NCBI GenBank assembly: GCA_964638035.1
Contig: CAZWXD010000001.1
Span: 70,369-134,368, forward strand
DNA: 64,000 nt
Direction of reading: 5' to 3'
Origin: an uncultured Gemmatimonadaceae bacterium
GTDB lineage: Bacteria; Gemmatimonadota; Gemmatimonadetes; Gemmatimonadales; GWC2-71-9
The stretch's first letter is position 1; each line of letters opens with the position of its first letter. The notes beneath the pieces are model-generated. The model saw only the letters and a program-made list of their open reading frames with translations, did no database searches and was not told the origin of the DNA. The position numbers and the translations under genes were made by a program. This document shows, piece after piece, positions 18,373-28,617 of the stretch.

Positions 18373-18747
18373 TCAGATCGGGAGGTCGTCCCGGACCAGG
18401 ACCAGGATGGCCGCCTGCGGGACCACGAGGTACTTGCGATCCTCGAAGGTGATCTCCACCGCAGCCTTCCGGAAGAAGATCGCGTGGTCTCCCACCCTGG
18501 CCTGCATGGTGGACCGGCGCGGCTCTCCCCGGTTCTTCCAGGGTTCATCATCCTGCGGGGAGTAATCGCCCACGGGCTCACCCTGGCCTGCGGCCACCAC
18601 GAGCCCGCCCTGGACCTGCTGCGTGTCCACCGCCGTTGCCGGGAGGTACAGGCCCACGCGCGTCCGGTCATCGCCATCCTCCGGCGTGATCAGGACGCGA
18701 TCACCAACCAGCAGCAGTTGCCTCCGGGGGAACTCCATCGGGGTCAC
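18373..18747 (-). CDS. Cpn10/GroES-family protein (stand-alone paralogue)
   Basis: LLLVGDRVLI...GLYLP...GGLVVAAGQG...RVGDHAIF...YLVVPQAAILVLV follows the GroES pattern. GTG 18747 overlaps the greA stop; alternative ATG at 18738. Confidence 0.7.
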   Translation of the reverse strand: MTPMEFPRRQLLLVGDRVLITPEDGDDRTRVGLYLPATAVDTQQVQGGLVVAAGQGEPVGDYSPQDDEPWKNRGEPRRSTMQARVGDHAIFFRKAAVEITFEDRKYLVVPQAAILVLVRDDLPI

Positions 18748-19229
18748 GCGCCGCCCAGTTCGTGAACCGTCACCAGCTCGACCACCCTGAGCCTGCGGGT
18801 GATGGTCGGGAGCCGCAGGTGCACTTCGTCGCCCACGCGCCGGTCGGTGAGGGCCCGGCCCAGCGGCGAGGCCAGCGAGATGTGGCCACCCTCGTCGGCG
18901 TCCAGGTCGATCATCTCGGCCAGGACCACCATGAACTCCTCGACTTCCTCGGTCTTGAGGTCGAGCACCTTGACCCGCGACCCCAGCCCGACACGATCCT
19001 GCGGCGCCTCCTGGCTGAAGAGCTGGGTCACCTGCTGCATCCGCTGGTGCAACTGGGCCAGCCGGGACTGGACAAACTGCTGCCGCTCCAGCGCCGACTT
19101 GTACTCGGAGTTCTCCCGCAGGTCGCCCAGCTCCACCGCCTGGGCAATCGCCTGGGGCAAGGTGACGTTCAGTTCGTGGCTGAGTTGCTCGATCTCGCGA
19201 CCCAGCTTGTCCCGCATTTCACGCAACAT
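18744..19229 (-). CDS. greA: Transcription elongation factor GreA
   Basis: GDLRENSEYKSALERQ coiled-coil motif and C-terminal ISLASPLGRALTDRRVGDEV. Confidence 0.9.
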   Translation of the reverse strand: MLREMRDKLGREIEQLSHELNVTLPQAIAQAVELGDLRENSEYKSALERQQFVQSRLAQLHQRMQQVTQLFSQEAPQDRVGLGSRVKVLDLKTEEVEEFMVVLAEMIDLDADEGGHISLASPLGRALTDRRVGDEVHLRLPTITRRLRVVELVTVHELGGA

Positions 19230-19341
19230 TGCCGTGCCGAACCGGGCCCCTGAGTCAAAGACAAACAGCCCCGGGGCCTGGCCCGACAGGCTCCGGGTGC
19301 TGCGACGCTAAGTTCAACTGACACAATAATGTACTACGTCC

Positions 19342-19821
19342 TCACCGCTTCTGCCACGCCCCCAGGTTGCGCAGCACCTGCCGCTCATGCTGGTGCAGGT
19401 GCTGGGCGTAGGTTTCGAGCCAGTGCTCCACCCCGTAGGCCCCGACCTCGGTGTGTGACCCGGCCCGGCTCCATTGGGCGTCGGTCAGGCGGCGGAGCAG
19501 GGGGACGGTATTGGCCCGCACGGCCCGTACGGCCGCCAGCGCCGGCTCAATGGGAAGCGAGTGGTAGTCCAGCGCGACGGCCCAGTGATCCTGGTCGTAG
19601 CCCTGGATGACCGGCTGGTGCTCGCCCAGGAGGTACCGCACCCGCATTGCCGCGTTGGTCTCACTGTCGCCGCAGTGAACGATCACCTCGTGCACGGACC
19701 ACTTGCCGGGGCCGGGTCGCCACTGAAGGGCATCGGCCGGAACCTGTCGTACCGCTGCCTCGAATCGATCGGGTCCCTCCTCGTACTGGCGGAGCAGGGT
19801 CTCGCGCGTCTGGCGATTCAT
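19342..19821 (-). CDS. DinB superfamily protein
   Basis: WSVHEVIVHCGDSE...HLHQH, a His-triad four-helix pattern. Confidence 0.8.
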   Translation of the reverse strand: MNRQTRETLLRQYEEGPDRFEAAVRQVPADALQWRPGPGKWSVHEVIVHCGDSETNAAMRVRYLLGEHQPVIQGYDQDHWAVALDYHSLPIEPALAAVRAVRANTVPLLRRLTDAQWSRAGSHTEVGAYGVEHWLETYAQHLHQHERQVLRNLGAWQKR

Positions 19822-19930
19822 TCGCCTATCTCCCGTTCAGGTTTGTCTATCGGTCGGCGCCATCCAACTCGTTGCAGTGATTTCGCTTCAGCGCCCTCTC
19901 GGCCGCTGTGGGGCCGTGGCACCGTGCTGA

Positions 19931-19959
19931 TTGACGACCGCGGTTTCGCCCGCTAACAT
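19931..19959 (+). promoter_or_regulatory. Putative sigma70-type promoter of cytochrome oxidase operon
   Basis: TTGACG-N17-TAACAT, 61 nt upstream of the coxB start. Confidence 0.4.
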
Positions 19960-20019
19960 AGGCCATCTCGCCGGGGCCAGCCGTCCCGGCACCTCATTCC
20001 GCAAACAGGAACGCCCTGG

Positions 20020-21123
20020 ATGGAAATCCGCTCTAGCCGTTGGCGCGCCCGGGTGCCGGTGCTCGTCCTGCTTGCCCTGGTGGCTGTCGTGGGCACGGCC
20101 CTCGCGGCCGATCCGCGGTACCCGCAGAGCACGCTCCGCCCGCACGCGGACTTTGCCCGGATGCTGGACGATGTCTTCCGGACCACGCTCTTCTGGGCCG
20201 TGATCGTCTTCGTGCTGGTCGAGGGTGCCCTGCTCTTCGTCATCTTCCGCTTCCGCGGCCGTCCCGACGATCCGGAGCCGAAGCAGTCGCACGGGAACAC
20301 GGCGGTCGAGGTGGTGTGGACCCTGATCCCGGCGCTGGTGCTCGCGGTGATTGCGGTCCCCACCGTCAAGACGATCTTCCGCACCTACGAGTTGCCGACC
20401 GGCAGCAACGTGCTGCAGGTCGAGGTCATCGGGCACCAGTTCTGGTGGGAGTTCCGCTACCCGCAGCTGGGCATCATCACGGCGGGCGAGCTGCACGTGC
20501 CGGTCGGCCGGCCGGTGGCGCTCAAGATGATCACGCGGGACGTGCTGCACAGCTTCTGGATCCCGCAGCTGGCCGGCAAGCGCGATGTCTTCAGCAACCG
20601 CACCACCACGCTGTTCTTCACCGCCGAGGACCCGGGGTTCTACCCGGGCCAGTGCGCGGAGTTCTGCGGCGTCCAGCATGGCCGGATGGCGTTCGGGGTG
20701 GTGGCATCGACGCCGGCAGAGTTCGACGGGTATGTCGCGCGGATGCTGGCGACGGCGCCGCCGCCCCCGGCACCGGCCGACTCCGCGCCCCCGAAGGCCG
20801 CCCTCCAGGCCGGCGTCACGACGGCGACGCTCGCCGCCACCACCCAGGCCGTGGACACCATGCCGGGGTCCAAGCTGTTCCTGATGAAGGGCTGCATCGG
20901 GTGCCACTCGCTCAACGCCACGCGTGAGCTCGGCATCGGGCCCAACCTCGCCGGCATCGGGGTGCGCCGGTACATCGCCGCCGGCTGGCTGCAGAACACC
21001 GATGCCAACCTGCAGCGGTGGATCATGGACCCGCAGGACGTCAAGCACGGCAGCCTGATGCCCGACATGGGCGTCACCGAAGCCGAAGCGCAGGCGCTCG
21101 TCGCCTACCTCCGCCAGCACTAG
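20020..21123 (+). CDS. coxB: Cytochrome c oxidase subunit II with fused cytochrome c domain (caa3-type)
   Basis: CuA motif HSFWIPQLAGKRD...CAEFCGVQHGRM. C-terminal heme c site CIGCH. Confidence 0.9.
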   Translation: MEIRSSRWRARVPVLVLLALVAVVGTALAADPRYPQSTLRPHADFARMLDDVFRTTLFWAVIVFVLVEGALLFVIFRFRGRPDDPEPKQSHGNTAVEVVWTLIPALVLAVIAVPTVKTIFRTYELPTGSNVLQVEVIGHQFWWEFRYPQLGIITAGELHVPVGRPVALKMITRDVLHSFWIPQLAGKRDVFSNRTTTLFFTAEDPGFYPGQCAEFCGVQHGRMAFGVVASTPAEFDGYVARMLATAPPPPAPADSAPPKAALQAGVTTATLAATTQAVDTMPGSKLFLMKGCIGCHSLNATRELGIGPNLAGIGVRRYIAAGWLQNTDANLQRWIMDPQDVKHGSLMPDMGVTEAEAQALVAYLRQH

Positions 21124-21148
21124 CGCCGCCACCCAGGAACCGACGACC

Positions 21149-22981
21149 ATGGCGACTTCCGTACTCGACCACAGCGCCGCCGCGATCCACGCCGAGAAGA
21201 CCGGGCTGTGGAGCTGGATCACCACGGTGGACCACAAGAAGATCGGGATCCTCTACGGCGCCTCGGCGTTCGTGTTCTTCCTGATCGGCGGCCTGGAGGC
21301 GTTGCTGCTCCGCTGGCAGCTGATGAAGCCGGACAACAACTTCCTGACGCCCGAGCAGTACAACCAGCTGTTCACCATGCATGGCACGACGATGATCTTC
21401 CTGGCGGTGATGCCGCTCAGTGCCATGTTCTTCAACTACTTCATCCCGTTGCTGATCGGCGCCCGGGACGTGGCCTTCCCGCGGCTCAACGCATTCAGCT
21501 ACTGGGTGTTCCTGTTCGGCGGCCTCTTCCTCAACGCCAGCTTCCTCTTCGGTGCCGCGCCCAACGGCGGCTGGTTCGGCTACGCCAACCTCTCCAGCAC
21601 GCAGTACTCGCCCGGCCTCAACATGGACTTCTGGGCCATGGGCCTGCAGATCCTGGGCGTGGCCTCGCTGGCGGCCGGCGTCAACTTCTTCGTGACGGTG
21701 CTGAACATGCGGGCCCCCGGCATGAAGCTCATCCGGATGCCGATGTTCGTGTGGATGAGCTTCATCACCCAGCTCCTCATCCTGCTCTCGTTCCCGGTCA
21801 TCACGGTGGCACTCATCCTCCTGACGATCGACCGGCTCTTCGGGACCCACTTCTTCGTCCCGGCCGGGGGCGGCGACCCGCTCCTCTGGCAGCACCTCTT
21901 CTGGGTGTTCGGGCACCCCGAGGTGTACATCCTCGTCCTGCCCGCCTTCGGCATCATCTCGGAGATCATGCCAGTGTTCTCGCGGAAGCCGCTCTTCGGC
22001 TACACGGCCATGGTGTTCTCCGGCTGCTTCATTGCGGTGCTCGGCTTCGGGGTGTGGAGCCACCACATGTTCTCCACCGGCATGGGGCCGATCGCCGACA
22101 CGTACTTTGCCATCGCCACGATGCTCATCGGCATCCCGACCGGGGTGAAGATCTTCAACTGGCTCGGCACCGCCTGGGGCGGCTCGCTCCAGATGAAGAC
22201 CCCGCTGTACTTCTCGTTCGGCTTCATCGCCATGTTCATCATCGGCGGCCTGTCCGGCGTCATGCACGCCGCCGCCCCGGCCGACCTGCAGCAGACCGAC
22301 ACCTACTTCATTGTGGCGCACTTCCACTATGTGCTCTTCGGGGGCAGCATCTTCGCCCTGACGGCCGGGGCCTACTACTGGTGGCCCAAGATGTTCGGCC
22401 GGCTGCTGGACGAGGGGCTGGGCAAGGTGCACTTCTGGCTCATGCTCATCGGCTTCAACCTCACGTTCTTCCCCATGCACATCGTGGGGCTGGAAGGGAT
22501 GCCGCGGCGGGTGTACACCTACCCGGCGGGGCTCGGTTTCGAGTCACTGAACCGGATGGAGACGTGGGGTTCGCTGATCCTCGGCTTCTCCTTCGTGGTG
22601 TTCATCTGGAACATCCTGAAGACCTGGCGCTCCGGCGCCCCGGCCCCGGCCGACCCGTGGAACGGCGCCACCCTGGAGTGGTCGATCCCCTCACCGCCGC
22701 AGGAGTTCAACTTCGCCGAGGTGCCGACGGTGCACGGCCGCGACCCGCTCTGGGAAGCGAAGCGCGAGCGCGGCGGGAAGCTCCCCGAACCGGTGCGGAC
22801 CAGCGGGCAGGGCATTCACCTCCCCAACCCCTCCTACTGGCCCATCCTGGCAGCGCTCGGCGTCACGGCGGTCTTCGTGACGCTCATGATGCACCACAAG
22901 GTCGGCATCCTGGGCATCGGCGCCGCCGTGCTGTTCCTGTTCTTCAGCGTGTTCCGCTGGGCGTTCGAGCCGGTGCACTAG
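21149..22981 (+). CDS. ctaD: Cytochrome c oxidase subunit I
   Basis: WFFGHPEVY-type motif (LFWVFGHPEVYILVLP), HHMF and FHYVLFGG; 12 or more TM helices. Confidence 0.95.
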   Translation: MATSVLDHSAAAIHAEKTGLWSWITTVDHKKIGILYGASAFVFFLIGGLEALLLRWQLMKPDNNFLTPEQYNQLFTMHGTTMIFLAVMPLSAMFFNYFIPLLIGARDVAFPRLNAFSYWVFLFGGLFLNASFLFGAAPNGGWFGYANLSSTQYSPGLNMDFWAMGLQILGVASLAAGVNFFVTVLNMRAPGMKLIRMPMFVWMSFITQLLILLSFPVITVALILLTIDRLFGTHFFVPAGGGDPLLWQHLFWVFGHPEVYILVLPAFGIISEIMPVFSRKPLFGYTAMVFSGCFIAVLGFGVWSHHMFSTGMGPIADTYFAIATMLIGIPTGVKIFNWLGTAWGGSLQMKTPLYFSFGFIAMFIIGGLSGVMHAAAPADLQQTDTYFIVAHFHYVLFGGSIFALTAGAYYWWPKMFGRLLDEGLGKVHFWLMLIGFNLTFFPMHIVGLEGMPRRVYTYPAGLGFESLNRMETWGSLILGFSFVVFIWNILKTWRSGAPAPADPWNGATLEWSIPSPPQEFNFAEVPTVHGRDPLWEAKRERGGKLPEPVRTSGQGIHLPNPSYWPILAALGVTAVFVTLMMHHKVGILGIGAAVLFLFFSVFRWAFEPVH

Positions 22982-23014
22982 GCGTTCACCAGAACCAAGG
23001 AATCATCGAGCACC

Positions 23015-23602
23015 ATGTCAGCCCTCGCTCACGCGCACCCAGCCACGGCCACCGGCATTCCCGACCGGAAGCTGGCCATCTGGACCTTCATCGGGTCCGA
23101 GTGCCTCTTCTTCGCGTCGCTGATCTCGGTCTACCTGGTCTACAAGGGCAAGAGCCTGGTGGGGCCGTTCCCCCAGGACATCTTCGAGATCCCGCTGGTG
23201 ACCGCCGGCACGGCGCTCCTGCTCTTCAGCTCCCTGTTCGTGGTGCTGGCCCTCAACCACACGGAGCATGGCAACCGGGGCAAGGCCGCCTTCTGGCTCT
23301 TCCTCACCATCATGTGCGGCGTGTTCTTCGTGGGGATGCAGGTCTACGAGTTCACGCACTTCTACCACAAGGGCCTGACGATGCAGGGCAACCTGTTCGG
23401 GGCCAGCTTCTTCACCCTCACCGGCTTCCATGGCACCCACGTCACGCTGGGCGTGATCTGGCTGGTCACGGTCTTCGTCGAGCTCCTCCGCGGGCGAGTG
23501 CCCCCGGAGAAGGCGCTCAACCTGGAGATCGCGGCCCTGTACTGGCACTTCGTCGACGTCGTCTGGATCGTGATCTTCCCCGTCGTCTACCTGATGAACT
23601 AG
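23015..23602 (+). CDS. ctaE: Cytochrome c oxidase subunit III
   Basis: FFTLTGFHGTHVTLGVIW...LYWHFVDVVWI. Confidence 0.9.
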   Translation: MSALAHAHPATATGIPDRKLAIWTFIGSECLFFASLISVYLVYKGKSLVGPFPQDIFEIPLVTAGTALLLFSSLFVVLALNHTEHGNRGKAAFWLFLTIMCGVFFVGMQVYEFTHFYHKGLTMQGNLFGASFFTLTGFHGTHVTLGVIWLVTVFVELLRGRVPPEKALNLEIAALYWHFVDVVWIVIFPVVYLMN

Positions 23603-23609
23603 AGGACCC

Positions 23610-23996
23610 ATGGACGCCGCCTCGACCATCCCTGCCCCCGAGCACGCCCCCTTCCCGGAGCGGGCCTGGGAGTACGTGCGCATCGGCGTGATCCTCTTCG
23701 TGATCACGGCCATGGAAGTTGGCGCCTACGAGTTGGCGCACCGCGCCAACGCACCGGGCCACGCCTTCTTCAAGAGCGGGCTCATCCCGGTGCTCATCGT
23801 GCTCTCGGCCATCAAGTTCTGGCTGGTGGCGATGTTCTACATGCACCTCAAGTGGGATGGGCGCCTGCTGAAGGGGATCTTCTCCTTCTCGCTGCTCATC
23901 GCGGCGGTGCTGATTCTCGCCCTGATGGCCCTGGCGGTGTACCACTTCAGCTTTGCGGCGCAGTACGGGCCGGTGGGAGTCATGCCGGGCACCTGA
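23610..23996 (+). CDS. Cytochrome c oxidase subunit IV (bacterial caa3 type)
   Basis: Small 3-TM protein with KFWLVAMFYMHLKWD motif; last gene of the oxidase operon. Confidence 0.7.
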   Translation: MDAASTIPAPEHAPFPERAWEYVRIGVILFVITAMEVGAYELAHRANAPGHAFFKSGLIPVLIVLSAIKFWLVAMFYMHLKWDGRLLKGIFSFSLLIAAVLILALMALAVYHFSFAAQYGPVGVMPGT

Positions 23997-24026
23997 TGGC
24001 GGGTGGCTCTGGGCAGGAAACTGCGC

Positions 24027-24053
24027 GCGGGGGCGGCCGGTGGCCGCCCCCGC
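24027..24053. terminator. Bidirectional GC hairpin between convergent genes
   Basis: Perfect 12-bp stem GCGGGGGCGGCC/GGCCGCCCCCGC with a 3-nt loop. No clear T-tract. Confidence 0.45.
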
Positions 24054-24066
24054 TGGCATTCAAGCC

Positions 24067-24450
24067 CTACGGGCCACGGCACTCCACGACGCCTTCCTCG
24101 CCACTGCCGAACGGGTGCGGGCCGGTGCCGACCGACACCCCGCACACGAACCCGGGAAGGCCTGGTGTCATGGCGACCATGCCGTAGCCGCGGGACGATG
24201 CCCCAAGGACTGCGATGTTGGTGTCGCCAGCGGCGCCACGGTGAAGGCGCAGGTCTCGCGCCGAGGTGGTATAGGTGTGGTGATCGGCGAAGTAGGCTTC
24301 CTGCGCGACCATGGCACTCCGGAGTGTGCTCCGGAGCGCCTGTTCCGGCGTCGGGGCACCGGGAGTGGTGACCTGCGCCGTCGCACGGCCGGGCCAGGAC
24401 AACCAGAGGCACGCCACCACGAGCAGGGCGGCAGGCGAACGGTGATGCAT
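24067..24450 (-). CDS. Secreted hypothetical protein
   Basis: Signal peptide ...LSWPGRATAQ. AQEAYFADHHTYT is reminiscent of pilin-fold proteins. Confidence 0.5.
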   Translation of the reverse strand: MHHRSPAALLVVACLWLSWPGRATAQVTTPGAPTPEQALRSTLRSAMVAQEAYFADHHTYTTSARDLRLHRGAAGDTNIAVLGASSRGYGMVAMTPGLPGFVCGVSVGTGPHPFGSGEEGVVECRGP

Positions 24451-24657
24451 TTACCTCAGCCTCCTGGCGGCGTTGGGAGCGAACGGTGGGGGGAGCGGTG
24501 GCAGCCTTCCCGACGGAAGATGTCGGTGCTGGCGGCGCACTCAAATGGGCCGTGCGGCCCATGGGCCAGGCGACCCAGTGCAGTGTGGTAGATGGGCAAG
24601 AAGCCTGGGGCGGGATCGCGATGACCTCGCCCCCGTTTCAGCGCCACCGCGGGGCAC

Positions 24658-25047
24658 CTACGCCGTGCCTGTGCAATCCTTTCCCAGCGTCCCGACGAGC
24701 ACCGCCACCCAGCCCGCCAGGAAGCATACCCCGCCCAGCGGCGTCACCATGCCCAGGCCGCGCATGCCCCCCAGGGTGAGCGCGTAGAGGCTCCCCGAGA
24801 ACAGGATGACGCCGGCCAGGAAGAGCCAGGCAGCCACGTGAAGAGCCCGCCCAGGCCAGTGGACGCCGAGGAGGCCGGTCAACACGAGTGCAAGGCCATG
24901 GTACATCTGGTAGCGCGCGGCCGTCTCGAACACGGCGAGCTGGGACGGGTCGAGGCGGCCCCGGAGTGCATGCGCGCCAAACGCGCCAGCGGCCACGGCC
25001 AGGCCGGCGAGGAGCGCCCCCGTTGCCACCGCCGTGCCGGGCTTCAT
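24658..25047 (-). CDS. DUF423 family membrane protein
   Basis: GAFGAHAL...YQMYHGLAL; four TM helices. Confidence 0.75.
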   Translation of the reverse strand: MKPGTAVATGALLAGLAVAAGAFGAHALRGRLDPSQLAVFETAARYQMYHGLALVLTGLLGVHWPGRALHVAAWLFLAGVILFSGSLYALTLGGMRGLGMVTPLGGVCFLAGWVAVLVGTLGKDCTGTA

Positions 25048-25965
25048 TCAGCCTGCCGCGGGCGGCTCGATACCCGTGGCCGACACGGCCATGCCCATGG
25101 AGTGGTAGCCATTGTCCACGTAGACCACGCTGCCGGTGATGGCCGCGGCAAGCGGGCTGGCGAGGAACGCAGCGGTGTTCCCGACGTCCTCGGACTCGAG
25201 GCGCCGCGTCAGCGGGCTGTTGGCCTGGGAGTACCGGATCATCGTGTCGATGAAGCCGATTGCCGTGGCGGCACGGGAGGCGTACGGCCCCGCGCTGATG
25301 GCGTTGACGCGAACGCCCCAGCGCCGACCGGCCTCGAACGCCAGGGTGCGGGTGTCGGCCTCGAGGGCAGCCTTGGCGGAGGACATCCCGCCCCCGTAGC
25401 CCGGGACGGCCCGTTCGCCCGCCATGAAGGTGAGGGAGAGGAATGAGCCGCCGGGCCGGAGCAGGGGGGCCAGGGACCGCACCAGGGCAATGTTGCTGTA
25501 GGCGCTGACGCTCACGGCCGCCAGGTAGCCGCTGCGTGAGGTGTCCACCAGCGGCTTCTTCACCTCGGGGCCATTGGCGAGGCTGTGCACGACGATGTCG
25601 AGTCCCTGCTCGCCGTAGTCGGCCCGGATCCGCTCCACGAGGCCGGCCACCGTGAAGTCTCCCTGTTCCTTGTACCGCTTGTTCTCCAGGACCTCGGCGG
25701 GGACATCGGCCATGGTGTCGTACGCCGCGTCGAGCGGGTAGATGTGCTCGAACTCGAGGCGCCGGCCGTCCGGCAGCGCCATCGACTCGTCCATCTTGCC
25801 GCGCTCGAGGAGCTTCTGGAAGATGCCGAGGGCCGGCGGCCAGGTCCCCACGCTGACGGCGGCACCCGCCGTGGCCATGGCCTTCGCGATGGCAAACCCG
25901 AAGCCGCCGTCGTCTGCCACGCCGGCGATGAACGCGCGCTTGCCTCTGAGGTCGATGGGGAGCAT
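25048..25965 (-). CDS. fabI: Enoyl-[acyl-carrier-protein] reductase (NADH), long FabI type
   Basis: [21 protein letters not shown]...[13 protein letters not shown]...NAISAGP. ATG 25965 chosen inside the track ORF. Confidence 0.9.
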   Translation of the reverse strand: MLPIDLRGKRAFIAGVADDGGFGFAIAKAMATAGAAVSVGTWPPALGIFQKLLERGKMDESMALPDGRRLEFEHIYPLDAAYDTMADVPAEVLENKRYKEQGDFTVAGLVERIRADYGEQGLDIVVHSLANGPEVKKPLVDTSRSGYLAAVSVSAYSNIALVRSLAPLLRPGGSFLSLTFMAGERAVPGYGGGMSSAKAALEADTRTLAFEAGRRWGVRVNAISAGPYASRAATAIGFIDTMIRYSQANSPLTRRLESEDVGNTAAFLASPLAAAITGSVVYVDNGYHSMGMAVSATGIEPPAAG

Positions 25966-26001
25966 GGATAGCCTGGGGTGAAGGTGCCTCAATCTAAGGC
26001 G

Positions 26002-28617
26002 CTACTCAGCCCGGAGCACCTCCAGCGGGGCCCGCCGCACCACGTCGCGGCTGTTGGCGACGCCCACGACGGCCGTGCCAGCGACCAGGCCGGCGGCCAG
26101 GGCGGCCAGCGCCCCCGGGAGCCCGAAGGGCGTCTCGAAGACCCAGCGGGCCAGCGCCCATGCGGCCACCACTGACAGGCCGACCCCGACCAGGGCTGCC
26201 AGTGCCCCCAGGGCCAGGTACTCCGCCGCGACGATCCGGTAGATCTGGCGCCGCGTGCCGCCCAGGGTGCGAAGCAGCGCGCCCTCGCGGATCCGCTGGT
26301 AGCGGTTGGTGGCCACCGCACCCACGAGGACGACGGCGCCGGTGAGGAGGCTGAAGAACGCCATGAAGCGGATGGCCAGCGTTACCTGGCCCACGAGCTG
26401 CTCGATGGACTGCTGCACGCTGGAGATGTCCACCGAGGTCACGTTGCTGAAGCGCTCCACCACGCTGCGCTGCAGGCGCCCGCGCTCCGCGCCGTCGATG
26501 ACCCGCGTGAGGAGAAGGGCGCTCTGGGGCGCCTCCTCCAGCACGCCGTCCTCGAACACCACGAAGAAGTTGGGCTCGAAGCGGGCCCAGTCCACCTCAC
26601 GCAGGCTGCGGATGACGCCGGGAACGTCAATGCCCTGCACATCCCAGGTAATGGTGTCGCCGATGGTCACGCCGAGCTCGGAGGCGAGACCCACCTCGAC
26701 CGAGATCGCCGCCGGGGTGCCCGGCGCCCGTCGTGCCGCTGCCTCGAACCACTTTCCGGCCACCAGCTTCTCCGATCCCACCAGGGTGTCCCGGTAGGTT
26801 GAGCGATACTCCCGGCGGACGGCCCACCCGGCGCGCTGCGGCGCACTGTCCGGCTGGCCTGGCGCCAGGTCGGGCTCCAGGGTGTCGGCGGGTGTCCGGA
26901 GCACGGCCTGCCCATTGATGGCCCGGATTCGCATGGGGACGATCGGCACCGGGCCCACGCGTGCCAGGTGCCGTGTTGCCAGCATCGAGTCCACCCCCGA
27001 CACCTGGTCCCTCTGGATGTCGAGCAGCACGAGGTTGGGCCGCTCGCCGCCGCCCGTCACCCTGAGGTGGCGGAGCAGGTTGTACTGGACCAGGTAGAGG
27101 GTCGCGAGCAGGAAGGCGCCGAAGCCCAGTGAGAGGACCACGGTCACCGTCTGGTTCGCCGGCCGGTAGAGGTTGGCCAGCCCCTGGCGCCACACATAGG
27201 GCCAGCGCCGCGGGAACCAGTGCCGCACCGCCCGCGTCAGTCCGAAGCTCGCCAGCCAGAGGATCGCCAGCACCAGCAGGATGCTCCCGGAGAACCAGCA
27301 AGCCAGCACCCAGTCGCGCACCTGGAGGGCTGCGAGGAGCACCAGGCTCAGCACCACCAGCAAGGCAGCGGGGATGGTGAGGGGATCGCGGCGCACGCCG
27401 CCGGGATCCACGTCCCGTCGGAGTGCGGCGAGCGGCGTCACCCGCCGCACGCGCAGGAGCGGCAGCAGCGCGAACACGCCGCTCACCCAGAGTCCGATGC
27501 CCAGCCCGAGCGCCACGGCACTCACCGAGGGACGGGCCGTCACCGTCACGGGGAGGAACTCGCGCAGGAGGCCGGGAAGGAGTTGCTGCACCAGGAGCCC
27601 GAGGGCAACGCCGACGATGCTGCCCAGGAGCCCCATGCCCACGGCCTGCAGCAGGTACACGGCGAAGACCTGGCGCGAGGTGGCGCCAAGGCACCTCAGG
27701 ACTGCAATGGTGTCGAGCTTGCGCCGGATGAACACCGAGACCGCGCTCGCCACCCCGAGCCCGCCCAGGAGGAGGGCAATGAGCGCCACCAGGCCCAGGT
27801 AGCTCGTGAGGCGCTCGAGCACCTCGGTCAGGTTGTTCCGATCGTCATCCACCGTACGGATCCGGGCGCGCTCCGCACGGAGGCGCGGCCGCCAGGCCTT
27901 CGCGAGCTCATTGGCATCCACGGCGGGCGGCAACCTGAAGTACACCGCATGCTCGGCGCGCGCGCCGAACCCGAGGAGGCCGGTGCCTCCCACCGCCTGG
28001 TACGGGATGTACACCCGGGCCCCGAAGGCGGCCCGCACGCCGACGTCGCCCGGCACCTTCGATGCGATGCCGGTGATACGGAAGCGACCGTCGCCCAGGG
28101 CCAGCGTGTCGCCAACGTGGGCGTCGAGCTGGGCCAGGAGCGCCGGCTCCACGATCGCCGCCGGCATGGCGGCGGGCGCCTGCAGTCCCGGCCATGCATC
28201 CCGGGGCTCGGCCTGGAAGTCGCCGTACCATGGGTAGCCGGGTTCGGTGGCCGTCACCTGGACCAGGCGGGTGCCCGATGTCCGGGGCACCCACGCCATG
28301 GCCGAAAACTCCACGGTGTGCGCCATGGTGGGTGCGTGGTCCCCGGGCGACGCCGCCGAATCGGCCAGGCGGGCGATCGTGTCGAGCATCGCCACGACCG
28401 CGGGCGTGAATGGCTGCCGGGCCTGCACCGCGAGGTCGGCGCCCAGGAGCCCGCGCGCCTGGTCGCGCACCGAGTCGCGCAGGTTGTCGGTGAAGGCGTC
28501 GATCGCCACGAGGGCCGCCACGCCGATGGCAACGGCCGCGGTGAGGACCAGGAGCTTCCGCCACCCCGCCCGGCCCTCACGGAGGGCCATCCGCCACACG
28601 AACCCGGCCCCGGTCAC
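26002..28617 (-). CDS. FtsX-like ABC transporter permease (YbbP type, duplicated)
   Basis: 871 aa. Two FtsX-type 4-TM modules, each preceded by a large periplasmic loop. Confidence 0.85.
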   Translation of the reverse strand: MTGAGFVWRMALREGRAGWRKLLVLTAAVAIGVAALVAIDAFTDNLRDSVRDQARGLLGADLAVQARQPFTPAVVAMLDTIARLADSAASPGDHAPTMAHTVEFSAMAWVPRTSGTRLVQVTATEPGYPWYGDFQAEPRDAWPGLQAPAAMPAAIVEPALLAQLDAHVGDTLALGDGRFRITGIASKVPGDVGVRAAFGARVYIPYQAVGGTGLLGFGARAEHAVYFRLPPAVDANELAKAWRPRLRAERARIRTVDDDRNNLTEVLERLTSYLGLVALIALLLGGLGVASAVSVFIRRKLDTIAVLRCLGATSRQVFAVYLLQAVGMGLLGSIVGVALGLLVQQLLPGLLREFLPVTVTARPSVSAVALGLGIGLWVSGVFALLPLLRVRRVTPLAALRRDVDPGGVRRDPLTIPAALLVVLSLVLLAALQVRDWVLACWFSGSILLVLAILWLASFGLTRAVRHWFPRRWPYVWRQGLANLYRPANQTVTVVLSLGFGAFLLATLYLVQYNLLRHLRVTGGGERPNLVLLDIQRDQVSGVDSMLATRHLARVGPVPIVPMRIRAINGQAVLRTPADTLEPDLAPGQPDSAPQRAGWAVRREYRSTYRDTLVGSEKLVAGKWFEAAARRAPGTPAAISVEVGLASELGVTIGDTITWDVQGIDVPGVIRSLREVDWARFEPNFFVVFEDGVLEEAPQSALLLTRVIDGAERGRLQRSVVERFSNVTSVDISSVQQSIEQLVGQVTLAIRFMAFFSLLTGAVVLVGAVATNRYQRIREGALLRTLGGTRRQIYRIVAAEYLALGALAALVGVGLSVVAAWALARWVFETPFGLPGALAALAAGLVAGTAVVGVANSRDVVRRAPLEVLRAE

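Noticed and set aside
19262-19300. Possible terminator after the DinB-family gene (CAGGCCCCGGGGCTG followed by TTTGTCTTT on the minus strand).
   Set aside because: The stem is only about 5 bp, with a mismatch and a 3-nt loop. This is too weak to call.
24456-24647. 63-aa ORF in the 200-nt gap between the secreted protein gene and the DUF423 gene.
   Set aside because: No ribosome-binding site, poor GC3 bias, and a low-complexity translation. Treated as intergenic.
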